Positions 21,015 to 31,027 of a stretch of 64,000 bases of DNA are shown piece after piece. Below the pieces are notes generated by a model. The model worked only from the letters and a program-made list of their open reading frames with translations. It did not search any database and was not told where the DNA came from. The stretch is from a virus. The stretch is from IMG/VR virus record IMGVR_UViG_3300020477_001849, positions 11,651 through 75,650 of that record. One strand, 5' to 3'. The number at the start of each line of letters is the position of its first letter. Positions within the stretch are counted from its first letter, which is position 1. Made by a program: the position numbers and the translations under genes.

Positions 21015-21753
21015 TTTTTAGTTTATGACTTTCCCTAAAGGGTATTAGATCGACCCTGGAAGTATATTCGCTTAACCTTACAATCTCAATTTGCTTAATG
21101 TTTTCTTGAAATATAGAGAATACGATGTGATGATTATCTAGCCCGTTACGATGAGGACGCGGGTTCAAGACGGATGGGGCCCGGTTCAACATTCTATTAT
21201 CTAGATTTTTCTTGGCATCATTTGAAAAAAAATCAAATATGTCACCTTTTTTACCTATGATAAAATCATCAGCCAATCTTTTTGAGTCGTCATACAAAGT
21301 ATTCCACTCAGGATTATCTCCGGGGAAATACACACGGGCTTTTTGAGAATTTTCAGCTATTATATCATTGATCTTTAATTGCTTATTGTAGAACATGTCG
21401 AACCTGCAAGATAGTATTATGTCGTCATTGCAGTATTTTTCGCACATGTTTATGCTCTTATAGAGGCTATAAAATTTACTAAACCTACGCTGATCTTCTT
21501 GAGATACACCCTCAAAAACAATTTGATTCTCTATAACATGTGATGTTGGATCGTATAGACTCAATATACTGTCTTTCTGATCAACGCTCCAGCTATGTAT
21601 AAAAACATCAATCTTTTCGAAATCGCCTTCATTTGCTGCAATTACATTATCCCTGAAATGTGAGAATAACTCATGAATATCCAGTGCACCGCCGGCATTA
21701 TCTTTACCTTTCTTTCCTCCGACAATACCATGTATACAAACAGCTAGCCTCAT
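20986..21753 (-). CDS. Putative glycosyltransferase-like protein
   Basis: Likely start at ATG 21753 (MRLAVCIHG); the track start overlaps the upstream gene. DVFIHSW and RFD motifs resemble phage/capsule GT-like proteins. Confidence 0.55.
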   Translation of the reverse strand: MRLAVCIHGIVGGKKGKDNAGGALDIHELFSHFRDNVIAANEGDFEKIDVFIHSWSVDQKDSILSLYDPTSHVIENQIVFEGVSQEDQRRFSKFYSLYKSINMCEKYCNDDIILSCRFDMFYNKQLKINDIIAENSQKARVYFPGDNPEWNTLYDDSKRLADDFIIGKKGDIFDFFSNDAKKNLDNRMLNRAPSVLNPRPHRNGLDNHHIVFSIFQENIKQIEIVRLSEYTSRVDLIPFRESHKLKSESSNTRII

Positions 21754-21757
21754 ACAA

Positions 21758-22564
21758 CTAACGACCCTCACGGTGTGAGTCAGAATAGAGTGCGCGCTTC
21801 GCTTCTTGTTTTTCCAATTCAGCACGCAGGACACCTACGGTATAGTTTGTGCGATATGCGGTTTCTTCCTCAAATTCAATATCTGATTTTTTCTTTATAT
21901 CTGACCTGGCCTGTAAGACGATTGCCCGGCGATCGAAGGGGCCGTTGTTTGATGTTGAACCATGAAGAAGTAGGTGGTTAAATATTACAACATCACCAGG
22001 CTCCAGTTCCAAATTTAATATTCCATATTTCTGGTAGGCTCTTTCAACATCTGTGTACGTCGTTATTCTCTTATGTCCCATGTTTGGACCAATGAAATCG
22101 ATATGCTCCAATACACCCATCTTATGTGACTGCGGTATTATCTTTAAGCATCCATTTTCTAAATTTTGAGGATCTAGTGGTACATATACTTGAGCAAAAC
22201 AGTCCCAATCTTCTTTATTAAATCCGGGTGCAAATGTCTTAATATTATACACTTCCTGATGCCAGTTCTCCAACAAGCCATACCACCTAACTTTATTATG
22301 GACGTACAGGTGATTATAAACGTAATTTCCCAAAACTTTAGAAAGTACCTCATTTGTCGCCTTGTTGTTAACGATAAAGCCTAGGTTATTATCATCTACG
22401 AGATTACCCCACCCCCATGGTATTTCAGTGAACGGTATGAAGACTTTGGGAGGCATACTGTCTAGATAATTCTTTAAGTTATTGCACTCCTCCCTAGAAA
22501 AATTTGATTTTAATATTACGTACCCATTTTCATGATAACTCTTTATGATATCTTTATTATCCAT
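21758..22564 (-). CDS. Phytanoyl-CoA dioxygenase (PhyH) family 2OG-Fe(II) oxygenase
   Basis: YHENGYV, WHQE, ENGCLKIIPQSH, PGDVVIFNHLLLHGS...N...RR. Confidence 0.88.
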   Translation of the reverse strand: MDNKDIIKSYHENGYVILKSNFSREECNNLKNYLDSMPPKVFIPFTEIPWGWGNLVDDNNLGFIVNNKATNEVLSKVLGNYVYNHLYVHNKVRWYGLLENWHQEVYNIKTFAPGFNKEDWDCFAQVYVPLDPQNLENGCLKIIPQSHKMGVLEHIDFIGPNMGHKRITTYTDVERAYQKYGILNLELEPGDVVIFNHLLLHGSTSNNGPFDRRAIVLQARSDIKKKSDIEFEEETAYRTNYTVGVLRAELEKQEAKRALYSDSHREGR

Positions 22565-24146
22565 GATGACCCCCTATTTTTCTCAATGTATTATACAGTT
22601 TTAGCTTTCCAAAATAGAACAAGAATTGATCAAATGGTGCATGGTGAAGGCTAGCCATATTTAGCCAAACGATGGCAGTCAATAAATCCATTTTCGCAGT
22701 ATCAAATCCCATTTTTTCCACCTTTTCTCTAAATGTAGATTGACACTCAACTAGATTATTGGATCTCAATATATCACACTTAATTTTATCAACACCAATC
22801 TCTAATTTAAACATGTCTCTATTAATAATGTCATGATTAACAACCAGGTTATGATTCATCTTTGCAAGATCATAATAGATGTCGCCCCACTTAAGTTGGC
22901 CGCCAAAATCTTGCCTCCAGTCAATCGCTGTAAATGATCCATCACTAGTCATTAATATATTTTCTAAAATAAAATCTCCATGAAACCAACATGGTATATC
23001 GGTGACTAAGTAGTCCCAATCAATACTGGCTATTAATTCTGATATAGGTGGAACAGCAATTCCATTTATGGGCAAGATGATTTCATTATATTTTTCAAGA
23101 TAATCAGTAATTCTACCAGAGGTTTTTTCCTTATAGAACTTCATACACACATTACGGACTTCATCCCTAGAGACGCTGACGGGTACCCAGAGATTATCGT
23201 TTGCCCAGTCGATCAGGTCATTAATGATAGCAGCATTTATGTTAGAAGATAGTACGTTCCCACTTATAAACTCGTAACAGTAAAAGTTCTTAGAGCTAGA
23301 AATGATATTAGGAAATACAGGGCTATTCTTTGCACGTGAGACCCGTCCGGAAACTACAGATTCATCATGAAAAAATTTTATAACCCGATCGCCAGAAGAT
23401 GATATGGATTCTTTCTCTTTTCTTAAAACAGGAAAATTCTTCTTTTTAGTAGCATCAATATCGACTAATATCTCAAAACTACCTACATCATACCACTGGC
23501 TAAATTCATGAATATGACTAGCATATCCCTCTTTGATACACTCCTCCAGGCATTTTACGTCATTATTTTCTGGGTTACTTACGTCAGCATTATAAATTTG
23601 CCTCATCTTATCCCAAAATACCGAATAGTCAAAAACGCCTATTAAGCCTATGTGTGCGTAGTCTCCCCTGTCTAAAGAATTCTTTAAGTGAAGCTTAACT
23701 ACATTTCCTGATGTGTCTGCAGAGACGGTGCTGTATAGAGATGTGTTTTCTAGTTTCTTGACTACCCCTATCCAGTTTGTTGCATCAACTGCTGGTATAG
23801 GTCCATCAACTATAGTGTCACATGCATTAAAAATAAATGGGCATTGTAGATGTTCATGGGCACAAAGCATTGAGTAAGCTAAGCTGCTACCATCATTTTC
23901 GTAATTATCTACATCAACAAAGATAAAATCCCTATCAGGATATGCTATTTTACAGTACTGCCTAACATGATCACCATAATAACCTAACGTAATTACTATA
24001 GTCATGCCCTTTGGGTAATTATCTATTATTCTTCCAATAGCTAGTTTATCGCCCACGCTTACAAGCGACTTATTGGTATATTTTGTTAAGTTACCTAGCC
24101 TTTCCCCTTTTCCTGTGCATGTTATTAAAACCCGTGTTTTCATCAT
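22557..24146 (-). CDS. Fusion of sugar-phosphate nucleotidyltransferase and APH/choline-kinase-like phosphotransferase
   Basis: N-terminal GKGERL...TNKSL...WYDVG. C-terminal WFHGDFILENIL...IDWRQDF...YYDLAK. Confidence 0.85.
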   Translation of the reverse strand: MMKTRVLITCTGKGERLGNLTKYTNKSLVSVGDKLAIGRIIDNYPKGMTIVITLGYYGDHVRQYCKIAYPDRDFIFVDVDNYENDGSSLAYSMLCAHEHLQCPFIFNACDTIVDGPIPAVDATNWIGVVKKLENTSLYSTVSADTSGNVVKLHLKNSLDRGDYAHIGLIGVFDYSVFWDKMRQIYNADVSNPENNDVKCLEECIKEGYASHIHEFSQWYDVGSFEILVDIDATKKKNFPVLRKEKESISSSGDRVIKFFHDESVVSGRVSRAKNSPVFPNIISSSKNFYCYEFISGNVLSSNINAAIINDLIDWANDNLWVPVSVSRDEVRNVCMKFYKEKTSGRITDYLEKYNEIILPINGIAVPPISELIASIDWDYLVTDIPCWFHGDFILENILMTSDGSFTAIDWRQDFGGQLKWGDIYYDLAKMNHNLVVNHDIINRDMFKLEIGVDKIKCDILRSNNLVECQSTFREKVEKMGFDTAKMDLLTAIVWLNMASLHHAPFDQFLFYFGKLKLYNTLRKIGGHHG

Positions 24147-24838
24147 GGAACCAGCTTTTTCTCTATCTCAGATACAAATGAATTGATAGTATCATTTAAA
24201 GGACCGTCTTGAGGCCTGAAGATAGTACTTGAACCGCACACCAATATAGATGCTCCAGCCTTAATTAAATCTGCTGAATTATCTTTTTTCACTGACCCAT
24301 CAATCTGTATTTCTATATCTTGACGACCTGCTGAATCTAGGTACGCACGAGTCATTTCTATCTTTTCATAGAGTGGAGGCCAAATTCCCTGGTTTAAAAC
24401 ACCGGGATTAATTCCCATTAGTAGTACCAGCTTTACAGCTGGATTATCTATGATCCACTTAAGCGTAGATTCATTTGTAGCTGTATTTAATATAATTCCT
24501 GCATCCATTCCTGAAGCTTGAATTTTTTTTACAGTACGATTAACGTCATTATTTCCCTCTACATGAACAGACATTAATGATAGGCCTGCTTGTGCAAATA
24601 CATTGATATACGGCTCGGGGTTAGTGACCATCATATGAGCATCTATTTTTTTATCCGTATATCTTCTAATAGCAGCTACCTGTTCCGGAAACATCCCCAG
24701 CCTAGGTACAAAAATACCGTCCATTACATCAATATGCAACCAATCAACTTGAGACTTATGTAGTGTCTCAGTCTCGCTACCTATGTTGGCTTGATCTGCA
24801 CAGATCATCGATGCACTTATTTTCCACTCTCTATTCAT
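24143..24838 (-). CDS. rpe: Ribulose-phosphate 3-epimerase family
   Basis: HIDVMDGIFVP, DAHMM, HVE, MGINPG, IQIDGS, LVCGS. Confidence 0.88.
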   Translation of the reverse strand: MNREWKISASMICADQANIGSETETLHKSQVDWLHIDVMDGIFVPRLGMFPEQVAAIRRYTDKKIDAHMMVTNPEPYINVFAQAGLSLMSVHVEGNNDVNRTVKKIQASGMDAGIILNTATNESTLKWIIDNPAVKLVLLMGINPGVLNQGIWPPLYEKIEMTRAYLDSAGRQDIEIQIDGSVKKDNSADLIKAGASILVCGSSTIFRPQDGPLNDTINSFVSEIEKKLVP

Positions 24839-24842
24839 ATTA

Positions 24843-25406
24843 CTACTCTAAATTTGAATGTCTTTCCCACATCGACTCATGTGACTCGCCCATATGATCC
24901 ATCATAAGTAAGACAATCGAATCGTACAACACCATTAATGATTGCTCATTCAATGTTGTCATGGGCTGAACTGATTTCCTATTGACATCATGTTTTGAAC
25001 TAGCCCCCATTACAACCACATGATCAGCTAGTTTTCCTATTCTGGAATCTGGATTGCACGTTAAAAGGCATATCCTACACCCATTCTCATTAGCTCTTTT
25101 TACGATATCATAAATTGTTTGAGTTTCTCCTGACCCTGATGCAACTATTAGTAAGTCATTTTTTCCAATACACGGTACAGTTGAATCACCCAAGAACCAT
25201 GAATTTAACCCTAGGTGCCCTAGCCTCATTGCAAATGCCTTAGATGCAAGGCCGACCCGGCCTGCGCCACATACCACGACCTTTTCTGCATTGAGTATAT
25301 TTTCTACCAACCCATGAGACTCATCATGTGAAATATCCTTAAGCGCATTAGTAATCTCGGTCACGACGACCTGTATCTTGTCACCAATATTATACATCAA
25401 TATCAC
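24843..25406 (-). CDS. SIS-domain sugar-phosphate isomerase (HxlB/KdsD-like)
   Basis: GAGRVG...AFAMRL, ASGSGET, C-terminal RHSNLE typical of HxlB/PHI. Confidence 0.85.
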   Translation of the reverse strand: MILMYNIGDKIQVVVTEITNALKDISHDESHGLVENILNAEKVVVCGAGRVGLASKAFAMRLGHLGLNSWFLGDSTVPCIGKNDLLIVASGSGETQTIYDIVKRANENGCRICLLTCNPDSRIGKLADHVVVMGASSKHDVNRKSVQPMTTLNEQSLMVLYDSIVLLMMDHMGESHESMWERHSNLE

Positions 25407-25749
25407 CTATACCCTTATTTCGAACCAAGTTAACCGCTACAGCAGTAGGTTCATTACTATTTGTTTTAAGGTCGTTAATCAACACACGAGGGCCACCGCC
25501 TACACCCATAATTAGTTGATCATAAAATATCCCAAGATTTTTTAATTGTAATTCAGTTAAATCTCGCAATGATTCTCTCCGACCGGTGATCAGGATTATA
25601 TTATACCCCTTAATATCCCATTCATTAAATTTCTCCCTAACACCGGGCAGTAATTCAGGTTCTTTGAATATCTGTGCATCTAGGCTACCATTGTGCCTGA
25701 TGAGTGTGCCGTCTATGTCCGATATTATCGTTGTGGGTCTCTTCATCAT
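25390..25749 (-). CDS. Small cap-less HAD-superfamily phosphatase
   Basis: DIDGTL, ITGR, INDLK. Confidence 0.8.
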   Translation of the reverse strand: MMKRPTTIISDIDGTLIRHNGSLDAQIFKEPELLPGVREKFNEWDIKGYNIILITGRRESLRDLTELQLKNLGIFYDQLIMGVGGGPRVLINDLKTNSNEPTAVAVNLVRNKGIGDIDV

Positions 25750-26885
25750 ATTACTCCATTTGTCCTTAGGCCATTCAATATTTTAACAACGTTTTTTGAA
25801 AAAAGTTCTACGCAAAAATACTCTGCTGCTTTCTCTTTTCTGGGGTGAGCTAAACCTTTATCTAGATCATCTATGTTCTCAATTTCTACATTCATAAACT
25901 CATCCGGAAATTTTATAAAATCCGGTAAATATGGCAGGGAACCGAAATACGGTTGGCTAGAGTAGTTCATAGAAATAGATTTACAGTTTGTGAAAAATGT
26001 TTCCCATGCGATGTGACTTCCTGACATATTAAATAGAAGATCTGAATAGAGTATGGCAGCATGGTGATCTTGGCTGTGTATTATCTTTACGTTCCCAAAA
26101 CCAATCTCTAAAAATTCATATTGAGATGTACCTAAAGCACCAGGATAAGTTCTCTTGTATATCCCTGTATACTTACCTGAATTCTCATGAAAAATATAGT
26201 CATGAGGGTAGGTCTTTACTAGTATTTCATAGTCATTTTTACTAAAGTGGCTTATAATAGAGTCAAGAATTTCAACATTTTTATTAAACTGTTGTACATG
26301 ACTAGCAGGATTAGATGGTGCAATAACAACCTTCTTTTTTGATACATCCAACCCATATTTTAGGCAAAAATCTTCATAACCTATGGGAGGACCATACCCT
26401 GTAAAGCCAGGCATGTAGTAGTCATAATGTGGTGTACCTGCTACATAGACATTTTTCATGCCCATTTTATCTAACCATATTTTCCATGAGGGACCCTTTA
26501 CCAAGTATACATCTGCCCTATAGTCAGTGAGTATATCAGATCCCCCTATATCCCAAAGTCCATGAAGGCACTTTAGGTCTCCAGGGCTTAAGACTCGCCT
26601 ATTTTTTGGAGCTATCTTAGGGCTTGACATAAGAAAATCATAGTCAGAAGAAACCTTTTTCAGGTCGTCCCAAGTGTCGATGACCTTGAGCCCTGGGCAG
26701 TCAACAAAATGTGGCTTATGAAAATGATATTTTTCGTTACCTGTAAATTGTTTATTGAGGCGGATATCTTTTGAAAACATTAAAAAATCAACATCAAAAC
26801 TATCGCTTAAAGCATTATAGACATTTAGCGAATCGTAGGGTATGCTGCTCCAAAATAGATCTCCTGCAAATACTGCTACTTTCAT
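25746..26885 (-). CDS. Putative GT-B glycosyl/phosphotransferase (capsule or TagF-like)
   Basis: VAGTPHYD, LVKTYPHD and SHIAWE resemble the G-x-P-x-x-D, K-x-HP and S...E motifs of TagF/sialyltransferase-like GT-B enzymes. Confidence 0.5.
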   Translation of the reverse strand: MKVAVFAGDLFWSSIPYDSLNVYNALSDSFDVDFLMFSKDIRLNKQFTGNEKYHFHKPHFVDCPGLKVIDTWDDLKKVSSDYDFLMSSPKIAPKNRRVLSPGDLKCLHGLWDIGGSDILTDYRADVYLVKGPSWKIWLDKMGMKNVYVAGTPHYDYYMPGFTGYGPPIGYEDFCLKYGLDVSKKKVVIAPSNPASHVQQFNKNVEILDSIISHFSKNDYEILVKTYPHDYIFHENSGKYTGIYKRTYPGALGTSQYEFLEIGFGNVKIIHSQDHHAAILYSDLLFNMSGSHIAWETFFTNCKSISMNYSSQPYFGSLPYLPDFIKFPDEFMNVEIENIDDLDKGLAHPRKEKAAEYFCVELFSKNVVKILNGLRTNGVI

Positions 26886-27820
26886 TTCTTTGTTTTACCT
26901 ATTATGTGACGAGCAATATCCACATACCCTATCGACATGTCATGTGGAACCCTATTATATTTTTTTACCGCATCGGTATAGACATGGTATTTTAATATAA
27001 GCTGATCTAAACTTTTAATTAGCGAATCAAAGCATGAATAAGATAATCCATACCCGCTACAATACTCGTTAATGCTTCCTCCTCCCTCATGAAACAGAAC
27101 AGGGAGCCCACATGCCATGGCTTCTAAAACATGATTTGCGCCTGCTTCCTCTAGGCTAGCAGTTATATAAACGTCGTGCAAAGGAAGTTCGGCTGAAATC
27201 TGGCCAGTATCCATAGGCTCAAAGTATGTCATCCCATAATCTGGCAATGGGTGTCTAAACCTGCCAATATACGAAAATTGATATTTATCAGGATTTGCTT
27301 GACAAAAAGATGCTAATTCCCTGTAAGTCTCAAAGCCTTTTTTTTCGTTATCAGACCAGTGATGAGTTACTATCCGAATAGGCTCTGATAGTGTATGGCC
27401 TAGTTTTCTGTGTTTATAGAAATCCTCTAGGGGTGAATTATTAATAATACTGCAGTTATTTCCAGAAAAACCCACATATTCCTTAGCCCACTTGCTGGGG
27501 AAAATAACAAAGTCAGAATAAGCAGTGCTGGCCCTCACTAGTTCTGTGAGATCTTTTTTCCCGTGGCTACCGGTATCACCTACCCGCTGCAGTATGGGTA
27601 TACCATACTTCAGTTTTGCATTAATAAAATCCTGAAACCATACACCTTCATCATTTGGCCGCGGGTCATGACAATAAATTAAATCCGCAGAAGCAATATC
27701 TTTCCAGCTATAGGATATCTCAAAACCAGAAGAGGCTAATTCTCTCTCTAAAGAAAGAAGAAATTTAGAACCGCCGCCCCATGGGCCTTGTACGGGTTTT
27801 CTATTTATATAAATTTTCAT
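26882..27820 (-). CDS. Glycosyltransferase, GT4-like
   Basis: GPWGGG, KKG, ASLEEAGANHVLEAMACGLPV. Confidence 0.85.
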   Translation of the reverse strand: MKIYINRKPVQGPWGGGSKFLLSLERELASSGFEISYSWKDIASADLIYCHDPRPNDEGVWFQDFINAKLKYGIPILQRVGDTGSHGKKDLTELVRASTAYSDFVIFPSKWAKEYVGFSGNNCSIINNSPLEDFYKHRKLGHTLSEPIRIVTHHWSDNEKKGFETYRELASFCQANPDKYQFSYIGRFRHPLPDYGMTYFEPMDTGQISAELPLHDVYITASLEEAGANHVLEAMACGLPVLFHEGGGSINEYCSGYGLSYSCFDSLIKSLDQLILKYHVYTDAVKKYNRVPHDMSIGYVDIARHIIGKTKK

Positions 27821-28875
27821 TCTATACCAAAGTTGACTAGCTGGTTTTTATGTGATGAATACTTTATCCCCTGTATCACTAGATTGTCTATGTAGCTATC
27901 TGTTACGCTATAGGTGTTTCCAGCGGCGGCAGCCAAAATTACAGATGCTATAGCAATATCTTGATCACGGAGGTTGTACTCCGGAAATGGATTAGTCCAC
28001 TTAACCCTAAATTCCTCGGCATCTATTGAGATGATACTATTATTAGATCTGGTAATTTTCGGTGACAAGCTAATCGTCTCATTCCCCATTAGAAACCGAA
28101 TATCAATAATTTCATAATCGTTACTCTTATCCAGGCGGCGACCTGTGATTATTGAACCATTCCTAGAATATCCCCTTAGCGTCTGTAATCCACGAGTCGG
28201 TGATATCTTGCATGGATAAGAGAAAGTGTGATTTATTACTGCACCTGATCTCATTTTCACTATCCCAATATCAAATATGTCATTTAATAACCTTTCCTGT
28301 ATTGGAATTCCTTCCATGTTATTATGAGGAGGTAATAGAGCGCCGGTACTCATTGCATATGCAGAAACTGGAATGGTATTACTGCCTAGATAACTACGAA
28401 GTTGAGCTATAGCATGATAATCATACGACCTACAATCATTCTGTACCAGGAAGGGACGCTCTATAATTGATAAATCATACAATTTCTTTTTAAATTGCTC
28501 AAGAGGTAAAAATGGCCATTGTTCCATAACACCTACCGGTGAACTACATTCCCTTGATGCATTTACGACATTGATATCAACAATTGGTGTATCTAATAGA
28601 ATAGTACCTGAAAATCCTTTAAGCGCATGAAGAGCGCTTAACTGAGCATCAACTGGAACTGATACTATTATTATGTCGGGAGAAGCTAGTACTAGGGAGT
28701 CTGGAGTGCGAAAATACTCAATCCCAAATTCTTTAGCATTTTTCTCGGCAGCATCATTATTTCTCCTATAGAATCCCGTTACGCTAAAATACTTCTCAAG
28801 CTTTTTGAGCAGAGGAACATAGACGTTTATGGCCCTTTTACCAAATCCAAAAAATGCGACCGTATGATTACTCAT
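27817..28875 (-). CDS. Gfo/Idh/MocA family oxidoreductase
   Basis: Rossmann FGFGKRA, DIIIVSVP, LLDTP (EKP-equivalent), YH motif. Confidence 0.7.
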   Translation of the reverse strand: MSNHTVAFFGFGKRAINVYVPLLKKLEKYFSVTGFYRRNNDAAEKNAKEFGIEYFRTPDSLVLASPDIIIVSVPVDAQLSALHALKGFSGTILLDTPIVDINVVNASRECSSPVGVMEQWPFLPLEQFKKKLYDLSIIERPFLVQNDCRSYDYHAIAQLRSYLGSNTIPVSAYAMSTGALLPPHNNMEGIPIQERLLNDIFDIGIVKMRSGAVINHTFSYPCKISPTRGLQTLRGYSRNGSIITGRRLDKSNDYEIIDIRFLMGNETISLSPKITRSNNSIISIDAEEFRVKWTNPFPEYNLRDQDIAIASVILAAAAGNTYSVTDSYIDNLVIQGIKYSSHKNQLVNFGIE

Positions 28876-29533
28876 TTAAAAATGCCTCTGTCTGCTTTTG
28901 AATTAAGAAAATCATGTATAGCTGGGGTAAGTCTTCCCATAATGTTAATAATTCATACGTAATTCCTAGCCCAAGTGACCACTGGTGTTGTTCCCCTAAG
29001 TCTAAAACGCTAGGTACCTCTTCAAAGATTGCTTTTTTAACGTCATCATATCCAAACTTTTTAACATATTCTTCGAATTGCTTGTATGCTGGGCGGTCTA
29101 TGAAAGAGTCGTGCCAAATTGCTGACCATAGGAAATTCTCTTCTTCGTATGCAAATTCATGCTCATCATTTTTTACCCACCCAACCTTATAGTCATTAAA
29201 CCTCCAGTGATCGCCTACTCCCCAGTCGACCAGTATAAGCCCTCCAGGAACAACAATGTCAAGACACTTCTTAAGAAATGCAGAAGGATCTTTGGAAAAA
29301 TATGCACACCTTGTGCATACAACTAAATCATAGTTTTCCCCGATATCCCATTCATCATCATTAATAAACCAATTGTCAAGCTGCATATCAAAATAGTGTC
29401 CAACACCATGCGATATCGAGTTAGTGAAATCAGACGGGCCCGTAAATCCTAAAAATGCAACCTTAGAATATTTTTTATTACCACCCAACATTCCGAGATA
29501 GGATGAAAAAACGTGTGGGTCAGACTTTCCCAT
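28868..29533 (-). CDS. Class I SAM-dependent methyltransferase-like protein
   Basis: YDLVVC...FLKKCLDIVVPGGLILVD. Confidence 0.6.
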   Translation of the reverse strand: MGKSDPHVFSSYLGMLGGNKKYSKVAFLGFTGPSDFTNSISHGVGHYFDMQLDNWFINDDEWDIGENYDLVVCTRCAYFSKDPSAFLKKCLDIVVPGGLILVDWGVGDHWRFNDYKVGWVKNDEHEFAYEEENFLWSAIWHDSFIDRPAYKQFEEYVKKFGYDDVKKAIFEEVPSVLDLGEQHQWSLGLGITYELLTLWEDLPQLYMIFLIQKQTEAFLNE

Positions 29534-30249
29534 TATTTACTCCTTAAGTCATGCATGAATAAAAACTCAACTTCATCCTTATGATTATATAAAAAAGCAA
29601 TTAGCTCGTCAAGTAACTGTTGGGAAAAATAGTTTTTGTCCCACTCACATGCATGATAAACTATCTTACATTCTTCTTGTCTCTTAAGGGCCTTAAACGG
29701 GGGTGCAAAGTCGTATAATACAATGTCATCGCCTATATCTTCTGCATCATAGAATACTTTTGCGTAGTCATCTGGTGAAAGAGCCAAAACTTCAATACCT
29801 CTACTCCTTGCAACACGAATGGCGTCAGGGCTCATCCTCCATGCCGGTGGCCTAAAAATGGGCTTAAAAATATCACCCATGCCAGAATTGCTTATCTCAT
29901 TTTCTATTAGCGAAAACTTATTTTCTGCATCTTCCCTCGATAACCTAGCAAATTCATCATTATTTGACTTACCTGGTATACCGTGAAAGTGGCCATGGAT
30001 ACCAATTTCAAAATTTTTTTGAGGTAACTTTTTAAGATATTCACAGAACGTAGGAAAACTGGATAAACTATATGGTGTATTAGACGCCACATGGGGAGGT
30101 CTTGGTACGGTTCTCCAATAAGCAGATGGGACGAACAAGGTAAATTTTGCGTCAGGAAACTCGTCTATAAGAGAAAAACATCTAGAGAGCACCTTTATAC
30201 TAGAATATGGATGTGGTGAAATATCATCTATGCTAATATTAATTTTCAT
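29533..30249 (-). CDS. Polysaccharide deacetylase (CE4/NodB-like) protein
   Basis: ISIDD, TLFV, EIGIHGHFH, FRPPAW. Confidence 0.8.
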   Translation of the reverse strand: MKINISIDDISPHPYSSIKVLSRCFSLIDEFPDAKFTLFVPSAYWRTVPRPPHVASNTPYSLSSFPTFCEYLKKLPQKNFEIGIHGHFHGIPGKSNNDEFARLSREDAENKFSLIENEISNSGMGDIFKPIFRPPAWRMSPDAIRVARSRGIEVLALSPDDYAKVFYDAEDIGDDIVLYDFAPPFKALKRQEECKIVYHACEWDKNYFSQQLLDELIAFLYNHKDEVEFLFMHDLRSK

Positions 30250-31024
30250 TTGATAAATACCTCAGATAAAATTCATTCCACCCAGGAAGATATACCCTGT
30301 TGGGCTTATTGTAGGCGTTGAATGATTTTGGTACGCCCCTGCCTAAATGCATGAACATAACATTTCCGCTTGAATCTATGCACCTGTCTACATGAAAAGA
30401 TTTCCATGGTTCATCTAATGTGTCAACAAGGGACGGCATATTAAATGTATTTTTAAAACATAATATAGGCCGAGAGTTATCTCGGCAATATTTTGTAATT
30501 GAGTCGCAAGCGTCTAAAATAGTTTGACCCTGGTGCAGTTGAGGCATTAAGTCAACTTTTGATATTAGGTCTGTTTTGACGTAGAATCCGGATTGATGAA
30601 TTGCATTAATCCTACTATTGTCTATAGACGTGCCAATTAAATCATACCCTTTATCCCTAGCATTGAATATTTCATCATAAAATGATTGTGATGTTATACA
30701 AACATCGCAGTGAGCGATAAAGACAAAGTCATCATCTATATACTCAAGGCCTGCCATTATTCCCATGACATTTGCTGTTGAACCTGGGCTACCGATAAAT
30801 GTACCTGCATTCATCTTGGACGCATCAGCTTTAGGATTTTGTACCCATGTAACAGACTCTGCGAGGGATAAGGTATGGTCCTTATAGGAGCTATCATTTG
30901 AATTTTCAACAATTACATAATGGTTTTCTACATTATTAGGCCTAAATTTCTCAAATGTCTTAATCAAGACATGCACCAAGTCTGGTGTATGATATGCTGG
31001 AACTATTATAGAAAATTTTCTCAT
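30239..31024 (-). CDS. Glycosyltransferase family 2-like
   Basis: FSIIVPAY, IVEN, FIAHCD. Confidence 0.65.
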   Translation of the reverse strand: MRKFSIIVPAYHTPDLVHVLIKTFEKFRPNNVENHYVIVENSNDSSYKDHTLSLAESVTWVQNPKADASKMNAGTFIGSPGSTANVMGIMAGLEYIDDDFVFIAHCDVCITSQSFYDEIFNARDKGYDLIGTSIDNSRINAIHQSGFYVKTDLISKVDLMPQLHQGQTILDACDSITKYCRDNSRPILCFKNTFNMPSLVDTLDEPWKSFHVDRCIDSSGNVMFMHLGRGVPKSFNAYNKPNRVYLPGWNEFYLRYLSNEN

Positions 31025-31027
31025 TCT

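Noticed and set aside
24143-25406. RuMP formaldehyde-fixation auxiliary genes
   Set aside because: No hexulose-6-phosphate synthase, and the context is sugar-nucleotide biosynthesis.
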